Source: a virus
Lineage: Duplodnaviria > Caudoviricetes
Virus record (IMG/VR): IMGVR_UViG_3300012663_000597
Span: 1 to 49,795 of that record
Length of the DNA stretch: 49,795 nt
Reading direction: 5' to 3' (one strand)
Made by a program: the position numbers and the translations under genes. A model generated the notes under the pieces. That model saw only the letters and a list, made by a program, of their open reading frames with translations, searched no databases and was not told where the DNA came from. Positions 38,301 to 47,300 of the stretch are shown here, piece by piece; positions within the stretch are counted from its first letter, which is position 1; each line of letters starts with the position of its first letter.

Positions 38301-41300
38301 GTAGACTCGATCGTTTACAATTCCACCAAATGTTGTGCCAGTAAACACAATCGGATTTCCTATAATAAATCCTGCGGTGCTAAACGCACTAAACAAATTG
38401 CTAGGGGCTAATGATATAATTACAATATTAGTAGTTACAACTGACGACATTGTAATACGAGTAGCATCAGCAATATGACTAATGTAATATTTTATGTTAG
38501 GTAAAATTCCACCAAATCCAGTACCTGTAAACACAATTGGATTTAGTGGTCGCAAGGCTGCTGTGTCACCAACTGAAATGTATTTTGTTGTAGCAGCAGT
38601 AGCGGTTGCTGTGACATTTATAAGATTTGACGAAATAGTAAACGTAGTAGTGTTAAAAATGTCATTTATGTAGTATGTTTGGCCAGGGATAACTGTAGAA
38701 AATACATCACCAGTGAAATATATTGGTAAATTTATATCCATATTAGTAGTATCACCAGTAAAATAACTAGTGCCCGACGGATAATTTAATATCATATTAC
38801 CGGTTGAAGTATTCATCAGCACTGCACTTCCGCCCACAGTTGTTGATACTTGTATTTCAAATGCATTAAGAATTTGAAGTACATAGTATGTAAAATTAGA
38901 TGTTACGCCTCCAAATGTTTCTCCACTAAATGTTACAGGCATATTAACTGCTAATCGAGTAGTGCTTTCAACAGTTATTGTGTTTGTGCTTCCGCCAATA
39001 GTTTCTGTTACATTTAAACTTTGTTGTGAAATATTTGTAACTTCAATTACATAATTAGTAGGAACAAATTGTACTGGTTGATCTATATATAATGTGTTAA
39101 TGTCTTCGCCCGCTGCTAGCACAAAACTATCAGTAGCAGCATCTGTACCAACGATAGTCACTGGGGTAAAGGACTCTCTTAAAATCTTAGCAATTTTTAA
39201 TGCAGGATCAAATGTTGATATAATGCCATACTGTCCTGCGCCTTCACCACTGTTAACAAACAATCGCATACCTAAGTAAGTTTTTTCTCCTCCAATATCT
39301 GATCCTGCAATAGTAATAGATGAATCGTCGCCAGATTGTGCGTTATTTGATGATAATAAGTGCCCAGTGCCGCCAGTGTTGCCGTTTATTTCTAAAATAC
39401 GAGTTTGATAAACTGAATCTGATCTTAACTCGTCACCTACTAGGTATGCCCCTGAGCCAGCGCCTACAACTGAAAAGTTTGCATGAGATGTAAATCTTTC
39501 AGTAGTAGTTTCTAGATAAAATCCTAACGTGCCTCCAATTTCAAGTTGTGATCCGTACAATAGTGTGTATCCTGAAGCTCCACTACGTGATCGAGGATAT
39601 AATCTAATCTGTAAATTATTGTTTAATGCAGTGTTATCGTAAAATCTAAAACTAATTCGATACCAACCAGGTGCCCCAGACACTGGCACAGCCGATAATA
39701 TCGTTGGCATCATCCCGCCGCCTTCAGAAATACCTGTAATTTGATTTGTATTAAGGTTAAACGAAGCTCCGCTAGTCACCGTTGAATAGCCGCTGAATAT
39801 ACCAACAATATCAAGTACAGAAGAAGTGCCTTTTTTACAGTATACACTGCATGTGTAAGGTTGAATACTTCCTGCTTGAACAACTCCAGATATAGTAATA
39901 GTTGAGATTGAAGTTCCAGTAATTAAACTAGCTACTGTGATTACTAGGTCATTAATAATATCTAGGCCGCCTAGTCGAGAACCGTTAATTGTAATTTGAT
40001 TTGTAGTAACATATCCGCTACCGCCATTGTTTACTGTGACTATATATTGAGTACTAGTTACAACAACATCAAACGTAGCACCTACCCCGCCGCCTGTTTG
40101 GCTATCGCCTGACAATCCAACATATGCAGAACCAGACGGAGCAATTGTAATATTTTGATAAAAATAACTACTATCAGTTCCCGATGTATTACCAGTTGCT
40201 AACCAAGCATTACTTTGACCGGTTGGAGAAATAATTGATTGTATTAAAGTAATGTTACCGTCTGAAGTCCAGTTTGTAAATAGATTACTGTGCTGCAACA
40301 TGTTAGTAGTGTCTTGGAAATAATTTTCTCCTGCATGACTGTATTGTAATTTTAAAATATCAGCTGATGCCCCTAATGAGTTTAAAGGGGTTGCTGTTGC
40401 TTCATAGTATCTATTATCTACTGTTCCTGTTATTGGAGTTTCGTTATCATTAAATCCTTCTGCAATAACGCCGAATGTTCCGTACGAACTGTTTCCGTTA
40501 GTTGCACGAATTCGACCGCCTGCATCAGAAAAGTATCCTGCATATGCATAGTACGAAAATACTGACACAGCTTCACACAATGCGTCAGGGCCAGTACACC
40601 ATATACCAATACCATCGCTAATAATTTGTGTAAAATCGTTACAAACTATAGATTTATTTCCACCATTGTGCAACGTGCCGTCAATTTTTAATCCAGTTGC
40701 GCCTACACCAAATGTTGTTACATTTTGTATGTACGGAGATTTACGGTAAATCCAGGCACTAGTATCACTAGGATCAATGCCTGGATCTAGTGACACATAT
40801 GCGCCGCCTGTGGGCCTACGTGTGTTAAAATCATTCAGCTCTGACAATGTACCTAGCAGACCTGTTAGTGTCATGTTACGCAGACCTGTACCGTTTTGCA
40901 TATAGAACATGTCGCTAAGTGCATCGCCGCCTACTACTCTCATACGGCTTACAAAATTTGATAATTCTTTAGCAGTACCGTTAATAGTTTCACTTACTGA
41001 AAACGTGTTTTCTGTAATTGATGCGCCAACTACATAATAAGTTCTGCCTGCTTCAAGTCCGCCAAAAACTGTATTTGTTCCAGAAATAGGATTAATAGAT
41101 ACAAATTGTACAGGTGTATTATTAGTTAAGCCTGCTACACTAGATACTTGTATTGAATTACCAGTAACTCTTGTCCTAGTAGCGATTGTATCAACTACTA
41201 TTTTTGGTTTAACAACTGAGCTTCTTAGCTCGTCGCCGTTTAATGCAGTATTAGCTGGAACTACGATAGGCAGAGTTTCTTCGTATAATCCAGTTTTAAT

Positions 41301-43358
41301 CATCAATGTTGCAGTTAATCCTTGATTCTCAGTAGGAATTGAACTAGTATTAGACGACGACAGTGCAGTAATTATAATAGTTCTAAGGCTTTGAATATCT
41401 ACAAGTAATTGTCCACTAATATTTAATTCATCTATTAATGTTTCAAATACATGAGAAATAGTTGCAACAAATTGTGGCATTTGTGCAGTAACTTCTGCAT
41501 TTACAAATTGATTATTAAATTCTTTATCAAAGAACGAATAGGTAAACGCAATTGTCTGGCTATTACCGCCTCTTGTTAAATCATATTCTAATGCATCTAA
41601 TAAGAAACTAGAATCTCTTCCAGTCTTTACAGGATCTACAATGTCGCCGATTGCAAACGGAGAGACTGACCCGGCTATTTGATCAACTACCCATTGTTGT
41701 GCATCTAAGATAATAGCTGGTCTATTAGCATTTAATTGTGCTCTAAAACTTGAATTTAATCGTCCTTGTGCAATTTGTACACACGCAAATCTAATACTCT
41801 GAAATGGATTATCCCAGGTGTCGCCACTTGTTGTAAGATCTGATCCAGAAGGCGCAACATAATATACTGCCGGAGTTTGAAACACGTTTGCCCATGTAGG
41901 CGTTCCTCCAACTGCTTTTAATAAAAATCCTTCTAATCCAATAGCCAATGCAGTATTATTAGTGCCGTTGTTAACAACAATATCACCTGGCTGATTCAAT
42001 ACATTGAATCGATCGTGATTTAAATATGTTATCCATTGTTGATTAAGTGTGTCAAGATCTGGTCTATTAATAGTGGTAGAAGAATGATTCTTAATGCAAT
42101 AATATGTTGCATTTTTCCAAACAGCAACATCTCCAACTACATAGTCAATTGATGTACTCCAACGATTTTTCCAACGAACACCAGTCGAAACTAATTCCCA
42201 ATTTGCAGCATTAAGGTTTGAGAATGAAAGCGTTGCGCCGTCTGCAATAGAACTGTAGGGTGGTTGACTAACAAGTATAGTTGTTGTATCAACACTAGTA
42301 ATAAATTGACCTTTATTAAATCCCAAGCCTGATACTATCATACCAACGGCTAGCCCGGTGGTGTTATTTAATGCAATAGTTGTTCCGTTGCTACCAGATG
42401 CAACATAAGTTTTAGTTATGTTTGTAAATGACGGATCTTGGTCAGTGTTGTCGGCAATTGCAACAAATGTGTTGCCACCGTGCCACACTATACTTCCAAT
42501 ATTATAATAATGGAAGTCTTCCCAGTACGCGGCATACCGATATCCAGTAGTTAACAGAACCCATTCACCGTTAGTGCTTAGTGATGGTCTAATACCGGTA
42601 TTATTAGTAACTGTATTAATATACGAATAACCACCGTATACTACCACGTCGCCAATTTGATAACTATCGCCATTTGCCCAAGCACTCTGATACTCTAAAC
42701 CTGGAATCCATAGATCCCAGTTAGTTTCAGAAAATGTGCTAGGCGATGTATGGTCAATTGTTGCTATCCATAGATTTGCATTAATCTTTACTACATCATT
42801 AAGTCGGTATGCAAATCCAGTAACCCATTCGCCCTTATATTCAATACCAACGTTAACAATTTGCCATTTGCTATTGTCAATTGTAGGTACTATTGGAGAA
42901 GTATGTTGTATAATACACTTGTATGCAATGCCGTTGTATTTTACAACGTCGCCAACTTTGTAAAATGTATTAGCACTATAGTCTCCGCTCCACGTGCTGT
43001 TAACAGCAATATAAACTGCCCAATTAGCTAAATTAATAGTGGAGCCGCTAGTATGGTTTACAATACATCGATATACAGTGCCGCCGTATACTACAAGGTT
43101 ATCTAATGTATACGATGTGCTAGGAGTCCATTCATTTTCCCATATAGTGCCATCTAACATTAACAACCAATAAGGAGTTGGACCAAGTTGTGGGTCAACA
43201 AACTCTGCATCTGCGTAGAAATTGCCGGATGTATGTGGTACTAAGCAGACATATGTTTTACCGTTGTATGCGATTACCGCATCTCTATTATAGAATGTGC
43301 CGGTATCCCAATACCCTTTCCACGTATAACGTAGGTTGCCAATTTTAAATTCTGCCAT
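35394..43358 (-). CDS. Giant modular virion appendage protein 2 (2654 aa), paralog of 26664..35336
   Basis: Same start (MAEFK.G..R..WKG.W), same domain order, closely similar C-terminus (KYSQVRLT.HD.L.IG.GN; STDQDGNF.VG.LF.V.Q.TG). Confidence 0.8.
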   Translation of the reverse strand: MAEFKIGNLRYTWKGYWDTGTFYNRDAVIAYNGKTYVCLVPHTSGNFYADAEFVDPQLGPTPYWLLMLDGTIWENEWTPSTSYTLDNLVVYGGTVYRCIVNHTSGSTINLANWAVYIAVNSTWSGDYSANTFYKVGDVVKYNGIAYKCIIQHTSPIVPTIDNSKWQIVNVGIEYKGEWVTGFAYRLNDVVKINANLWIATIDHTSPSTFSETNWDLWIPGLEYQSAWANGDSYQIGDVVVYGGYSYINTVTNNTGIRPSLSTNGEWVLLTTGYRYAAYWEDFHYYNIGSIVWHGGNTFVAIADNTDQDPSFTNITKTYVASGSNGTTIALNNTTGLAVGMIVSGLGFNKGQFITSVDTTTILVSQPPYSSIADGATLSFSNLNAANWELVSTGVRWKNRWSTSIDYVVGDVAVWKNATYYCIKNHSSTTINRPDLDTLNQQWITYLNHDRFNVLNQPGDIVVNNGTNNTALAIGLEGFLLKAVGGTPTWANVFQTPAVYYVAPSGSDLTTSGDTWDNPFQSIRFACVQIAQGRLNSSFRAQLNANRPAIILDAQQWVVDQIAGSVSPFAIGDIVDPVKTGRDSSFLLDALEYDLTRGGNSQTIAFTYSFFDKEFNNQFVNAEVTAQMPQFVATISHVFETLIDELNISGQLLVDIQSLRTIIITALSSSNTSSIPTENQGLTATLMIKTGLYEETLPIVVPANTALNGDELRSSVVKPKIVVDTIATRTRVTGNSIQVSSVAGLTNNTPVQFVSINPISGTNTVFGGLEAGRTYYVVGASITENTFSVSETINGTAKELSNFVSRMRVVGGDALSDMFYMQNGTGLRNMTLTGLLGTLSELNDFNTRRPTGGAYVSLDPGIDPSDTSAWIYRKSPYIQNVTTFGVGATGLKIDGTLHNGGNKSIVCNDFTQIISDGIGIWCTGPDALCEAVSVFSYYAYAGYFSDAGGRIRATNGNSSYGTFGVIAEGFNDNETPITGTVDNRYYEATATPLNSLGASADILKLQYSHAGENYFQDTTNMLQHSNLFTNWTSDGNITLIQSIISPTGQSNAWLATGNTSGTDSSYFYQNITIAPSGSAYVGLSGDSQTGGGVGATFDVVVTSTQYIVTVNNGGSGYVTTNQITINGSRLGGLDIINDLVITVASLITGTSISTITISGVVQAGSIQPYTCSVYCKKGTSSVLDIVGIFSGYSTVTSGASFNLNTNQITGISEGGGMMPTILSAVPVSGAPGWYRISFRFYDNTALNNNLQIRLYPRSRSGASGYTLLYGSQLEIGGTLGFYLETTTERFTSHANFSVVGAGSGAYLVGDELRSDSVYQTRILEINGNTGGTGHLLSSNNAQSGDDSSITIAGSDIGGEKTYLGMRLFVNSGEGAGQYGIISTFDPALKIAKILRESFTPVTIVGTDAATDSFVLAAGEDINTLYIDQPVQFVPTNYVIEVTNISQQSLNVTETIGGSTNTITVESTTRLAVNMPVTFSGETFGGVTSNFTYYVLQILNAFEIQVSTTVGGSAVLMNTSTGNMILNYPSGTSYFTGDTTNMDINLPIYFTGDVFSTVIPGQTYYINDIFNTTTFTISSNLINVTATATAATTKYISVGDTAALRPLNPIVFTGTGFGGILPNIKYYISHIADATRITMSSVVTTNIVIISLAPSNLFSAFSTAGFIIGNPIVFTGTTFGGIVNDRVYYIHYVANSSFFSISNTSTLLSITATASESITNELTVDDTGNLMPLNPIVFAGTTFGGITAGTEYYVSRIISPTKLRISPSIISVEALETETVSNLITVSSTVGFVANNPIIFGGISIGGIESGRVYFISAVNDETSFTISTTQGGGQVTLSTALGSMTARTTSASVVLSTTSGTMTATSRFTGTAITLTAGTGSCSVRTTGALLSVTTATGGSLVGTSTVVKETFTAATGSMNGTFSVPLIGGVIGSGSYYVTSITPGTSNTFTVSELVGGSTLALTDSTGSMRMGELGWDHVNPGYPLASSFDSTTVYSIEPAITYSKPNFETDGNTNIVIQAPGTTYVAIGYNNNIFVAVPSSGLSLAVSTNGSVWTQQQLPLVGSWTSIAYGNGYWVIIAGGSASDTVLYSNSNLVTWKSATLPVSSTWKKVVYGNGKFVAISNQVTGVASAYSLNSGATWAAGTGLTNSAWTGLAYGAGIFVAVGAAGAYSNDGITWNASVLPGSIITWSSVTYGNGRFVAVSSSTNKTAYSFDGITWYQSRYSIAGNHISYGNGVFVVTPNSGSAGYISEDGVVWFTKIVPAGSGTTVFGFDIDDKGLFVGVSGQSSVALIRAGSQTKARAQLYQDKIVLVNEWDPGSNYLTSPTVTIADSNATKFAVVQPALGDGVLGNPTFYNRGSGYNTTSTLIYISGSGYAENFQVGLEIIFNNLTQLPSPGDNLVITGDSTVYKVTQAEALDGTVAPNVRGLIGISPSMTTALSPAHAVNLIIRTKYSQVRLTNHDYLNIGYGNFEESNYPRLPLETVLSPQNEAVESNYGRVFYSSTDQDGNFRVGKLFAVEQATGIVTLSASQFGLEGLSELRLGGIAIGGNSVVITQFSTESTFVANSNNIISTQKAIKSYLTARLSQGGANTFTGNLIAGTVSIGNPDIIRSTLSEEAGGQVRMPNKVNVNGFEDGGWDGDGMAMAFFMKSISR

Positions 43359-43397
43359 TTGTCCTATCCTTGTTTTACAAAATATATGCTAATATGT

Positions 43398-43405
43398 TAC
43401 TTATC
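43398..43405 (-). promoter_or_regulatory. T4-like late promoter motif (GATAAGTA)
   Basis: In the 57-bp gap upstream of AGGA RBS and ATG 43358. Confidence 0.6.
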
Positions 43406-43415
43406 TAATACCAAT

Positions 43416-43793
43416 TTACGGGGTTACTATTAATTCTGGAGGATATGTATATTTCTGATTTATCCTAACTACAAAATTACCGGCCTCGTCCAGATAATAA
43501 AAAATGTTTTTATTATCCCATCGATATTGATCCCAGCGTAAGTTTGAATATGGACGTGAGTGATCAGCAGCTTCTCTACCATCAAAAAAGTCAATACCGT
43601 ATTCAAACTGTGTAAAATCGTTCTCAGCTAAACCAGGGTCGTTAACAACTACTGCATCAGTGCTGTGAATTTGATCTATTTTTGCAAGAAATAATAAACC
43701 ATCGTCATCTCTGCGCAGTGCATAAAAATACCTACGACTATCCGGATCTACAAGATCCGATAAACTATTTTCATTTCCAATATAATATGTCAT
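43416..43793 (-). CDS. Hypothetical protein in fibre cluster
   Basis: 125-aa ORF with AAGGA RBS, co-oriented and tightly packed. Confidence 0.75.
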   Translation of the reverse strand: MTYYIGNENSLSDLVDPDSRRYFYALRRDDDGLLFLAKIDQIHSTDAVVVNDPGLAENDFTQFEYGIDFFDGREAADHSRPYSNLRWDQYRWDNKNIFYYLDEAGNFVVRINQKYTYPPELIVTP

Positions 43794-43804
43794 TTTATTA
43801 TTCC

Positions 43805-44350
43805 TTAAACAATGTCAACATAACTCATTACTAAATCTAAACTATCGTCAGAATTAGAATTAACAAACATGGTCATGTTTGTTGCTAAAATTAATTTTTC
43901 ACCGCCGTTAATTACTCGTAAACTTTGATTTGGTGGTACAATAACATCTTTGATGTAATACGATGAACTAAAAAATGTAGCAGATGTAACGGCACCGCCA
44001 GATGACACTGCGGTCATTACAATTGTATTTGCATCGACTCCTGTATTTGTTTTAGATAATACACGAGCACCTGTTGGCACATGAGTGCCTGTTATAAAAT
44101 CGCCAACACTTATATTTCCAGCGGCTAAATCGCTAATACCAGTTAAACTAGCACTGCCTGATGTATTAGTTACAGATACTGCTCCGACTGTATTGTTTTG
44201 TAAACGAATGTTAGCAGTAGCAATAGTATCGCTTTTGTTTGACAAACTCAATCCAATGATTGTACTTCTTGTTCCAGCGTTTGTCGTTAATACTACTACC
44301 TCACTTGTAGGTATGTCAGAGTATAATTTATTTCGAAAGAATGATGCCAT
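43805..44350 (-). CDS. Small virion protein with an inserted beta module
   Basis: Termini resemble the 106-aa protein in pattern (SLSN/SLTN; 'VIVPPN'/'ILIPN'; 'KLIL..N..MFVNS'/'LVL..G..IVVYS'), with about 70 extra residues centrally. Confidence 0.7.
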   Translation of the reverse strand: MASFFRNKLYSDIPTSEVVVLTTNAGTRSTIIGLSLSNKSDTIATANIRLQNNTVGAVSVTNTSGSASLTGISDLAAGNISVGDFITGTHVPTGARVLSKTNTGVDANTIVMTAVSSGGAVTSATFFSSSYYIKDVIVPPNQSLRVINGGEKLILATNMTMFVNSNSDDSLDLVMSYVDIV

Positions 44351-44356
44351 AATGTA

Positions 44357-47300
44357 TTATCCAAATAGTAAGGCTGTTAAAATGCCAATGTCTGTTGCTT
44401 GTGCTTCTGAAATACCAGAACTAGTACCTGCAACACTAGTCCAGGTTACGCCGTTATAAATCTCTACCAGTTGAAGTACTGTATTATACCGTATCATACC
44501 TAGTTCTGGTACAACCGGTCTATCAAATTCAGTATCGCCTGCAGGAATAACAACACCGTTTGTTCCTGCAATTTTTACATATCCTGTAGTAGTTTGTAAA
44601 AATTCAGTAACTGCGCCTGCTACAGTGTTAGTAATAGTATTGTTTCTAATTCGTAAGTTACCAACTTTAACACCCCCAGTTCCTGGTGTAGTTAAATTGA
44701 TGTCAGTATTATTTACAATAGTTGTAATAGTATTGTTTTGAATATCTAATGCTGTTGTTTGTAAGCGTTCTGCAAATAACTTGGTGCTGTCAATGGTTAC
44801 CATTAAACTATTGTCAGCATAGAATCTTAATGTATTATCATTTGCGCCCGGAGTAGCTTCAGCTGTGATATATGTATTTCCATCAACGTCTTGTACACCA
44901 CTCATTGGTAACCAATAAGATCCGTTATAGCCCTCATAACGACCAATTTGATTATTATAACGGATCATACCGTTTGTTGGAGTTAATGGACGTTGACTAT
45001 TATCACCGATAGGTAATATTAAACTTTGATTGCTGTTAACAACAACACTACCTGTGCCTTGCGGAGTTAGTGTAATATCTGAATTAGTTACTACGCTTTG
45101 AATATTGTTGTCAGAGATTTTAATCCCTTCAATAACAACATTACCAGTGCCATTAGCAACTAAGTTAAGATCTGTACCAGCAACTTTAGTTGTAATTGTT
45201 GTGCCGGTAATATTAATTGCTGGTAAATCTAAATATCCTGTGGCAGTAATATTGCCAGTAACTTCTGTATTTCCGCTGGTTGTAAAATTGCCAGTTTGAT
45301 TAATATCACCAGTTTGTGTAATAGTTCCTGTAACTGAAGTAGCTTTTAAATATGTTGTGCCTGTAGTAACTGTTAAATTCTGGGTAACAGTTAAACTTTG
45401 ATCAATCTGTACATCATTGCTAGGAATGTAAACTTTACCAGTGCCATCTGCAACTAATTCTAAGTTGCTGTTACCAACGGTAGTTGTTATTAAATTATTA
45501 TCTAATTTAATGTTTGCAAACTGTGTTACTTGTCCGTCAACGGTTAGTTTACCAGTTAAGTCGTATGTACCAGTTTGGATAACATTACCGGTTTGAGTTA
45601 CATCACCATACTGAATAACATTGCCGTTGATGTCTACATTACCTAAAGTAGTTAATCCAGTTACCCCTAATTGTTGTGTAATTGCAACATCATTGGTAGG
45701 TACTGTTATTTTTCCTATGCCGTTTGCTTTTAATTCTAAATCACTTGCTGGTAATGTAGTTGTAATATAGTTGTCATTTATTTCTATATCACCGGTAGTA
45801 AAAATATTTGATGTTAAAGTGTTAGTAACATCAATTGTTCCAGCATCTAGTGTTCCAAGAACTGTTAAGTTTTGATCAATTTGTACATCATTACTAGGAA
45901 TATAAACTTTGCCAGTACCATTAGCAACAATAATTAAATCACTATTTGTAACTGTAGTTGTTAATAGATTTGCATCTAATTTAATATCTTGAAATTGTGC
46001 AATTTGTCCATCAACTGTTAGTTCGCCAGTTAATGTGTACGTACCAGTCTGTATAACGTTACCAGTTTGTTCTACATCGCCAAACTGTACAACGTTGCCA
46101 TTAATATCTACATTACCTAAAGTAGTTAATCCAGTAACGCCAAGCTGCTGGGTAATTGAAACATCATTAGTAGGTACTGTTATTTTGCCAGTATTGTTTG
46201 CTTTTAGTTCTAAATCGCTTGCCGGTAATGTTGTTGTGATATAGTTGTCATTTATTTCTATATCACCAGTAGTGAAGATGTTGGATGTTAGGGTATTTGT
46301 AACATCAATACTGCCTGCATCTAACACTCCTAATACTGTTAAGTTTTGATCAATTTGTACATCATTACTAGGAATATAAACTTTACCAGCGCCGTTAGCA
46401 ACAATAATTAAATCGCTGTTAGTAGCAGTTGTAGTTAATAGATTTGCATCTAATTTAATATCTTGAAACTGAGCAATCTGTCCGTCAACAGTTAATCCGC
46501 CAGTTAGGTGATATGTTCCTGTCTGAATAACATTGCCAGTTTGTTCCACATCGCCAAACTGCACAACATTGCCGTTAATATCTAAGTCATCTAATGTTGT
46601 TAGTCCAGTAACAGATAAAGTTTGTGCAATTTCAACATCAGTGCCTGTAACATATACTCTTCCAGCACCGTTAGCAGATAGAATTAAATCACTTGCTGCC
46701 AATGTTGTTGTGATATAGTTGTCATTTATTTCTATATCACCGGTAGTAAAGATATTCGCCGTTAATGTGTTAGTAACATCAAATGTACCTGCATATAATG
46801 TTCCGGTAATATTTAAATTTTGATCAATTTGTACATCACTACTAGGAATGTAAATTCTACCAGTACCGTTAGCAACCAATGTTAAATCGTCGTTTCCAAT
46901 AGTTGTAGAAATCTGATTATTATCAATTACAACGCCGTCTATTTCTGCACGGTTTAAGTAGATATTTTTCCACCATAAATCGTCAACGCTTGATCCTAAG
47001 TTGTAAAAATTAGTAGTTGCCGGAATAAGATTACTGTTGATACCGCCAACAAACTGAATAGTATCAGTTGTTTGATCACCAATTTGAATATTTCCACCAA
47101 GTGTGATATCACCTGTTACATCTAAATCACCTGTAATGAATGTATTGTTTTGTAAATTAATTACCCCACTGGCCGCAGTAATATTCAAATTACCCGTTAA
47201 ACTTTCAACGGTATTTCCACTGATTCGAATATTGCCAGTGTCAATGTTTGTTGGAGTTATTAAAGTAGTATTGGTACCGTCAGTAAATGTTACACCAGTT

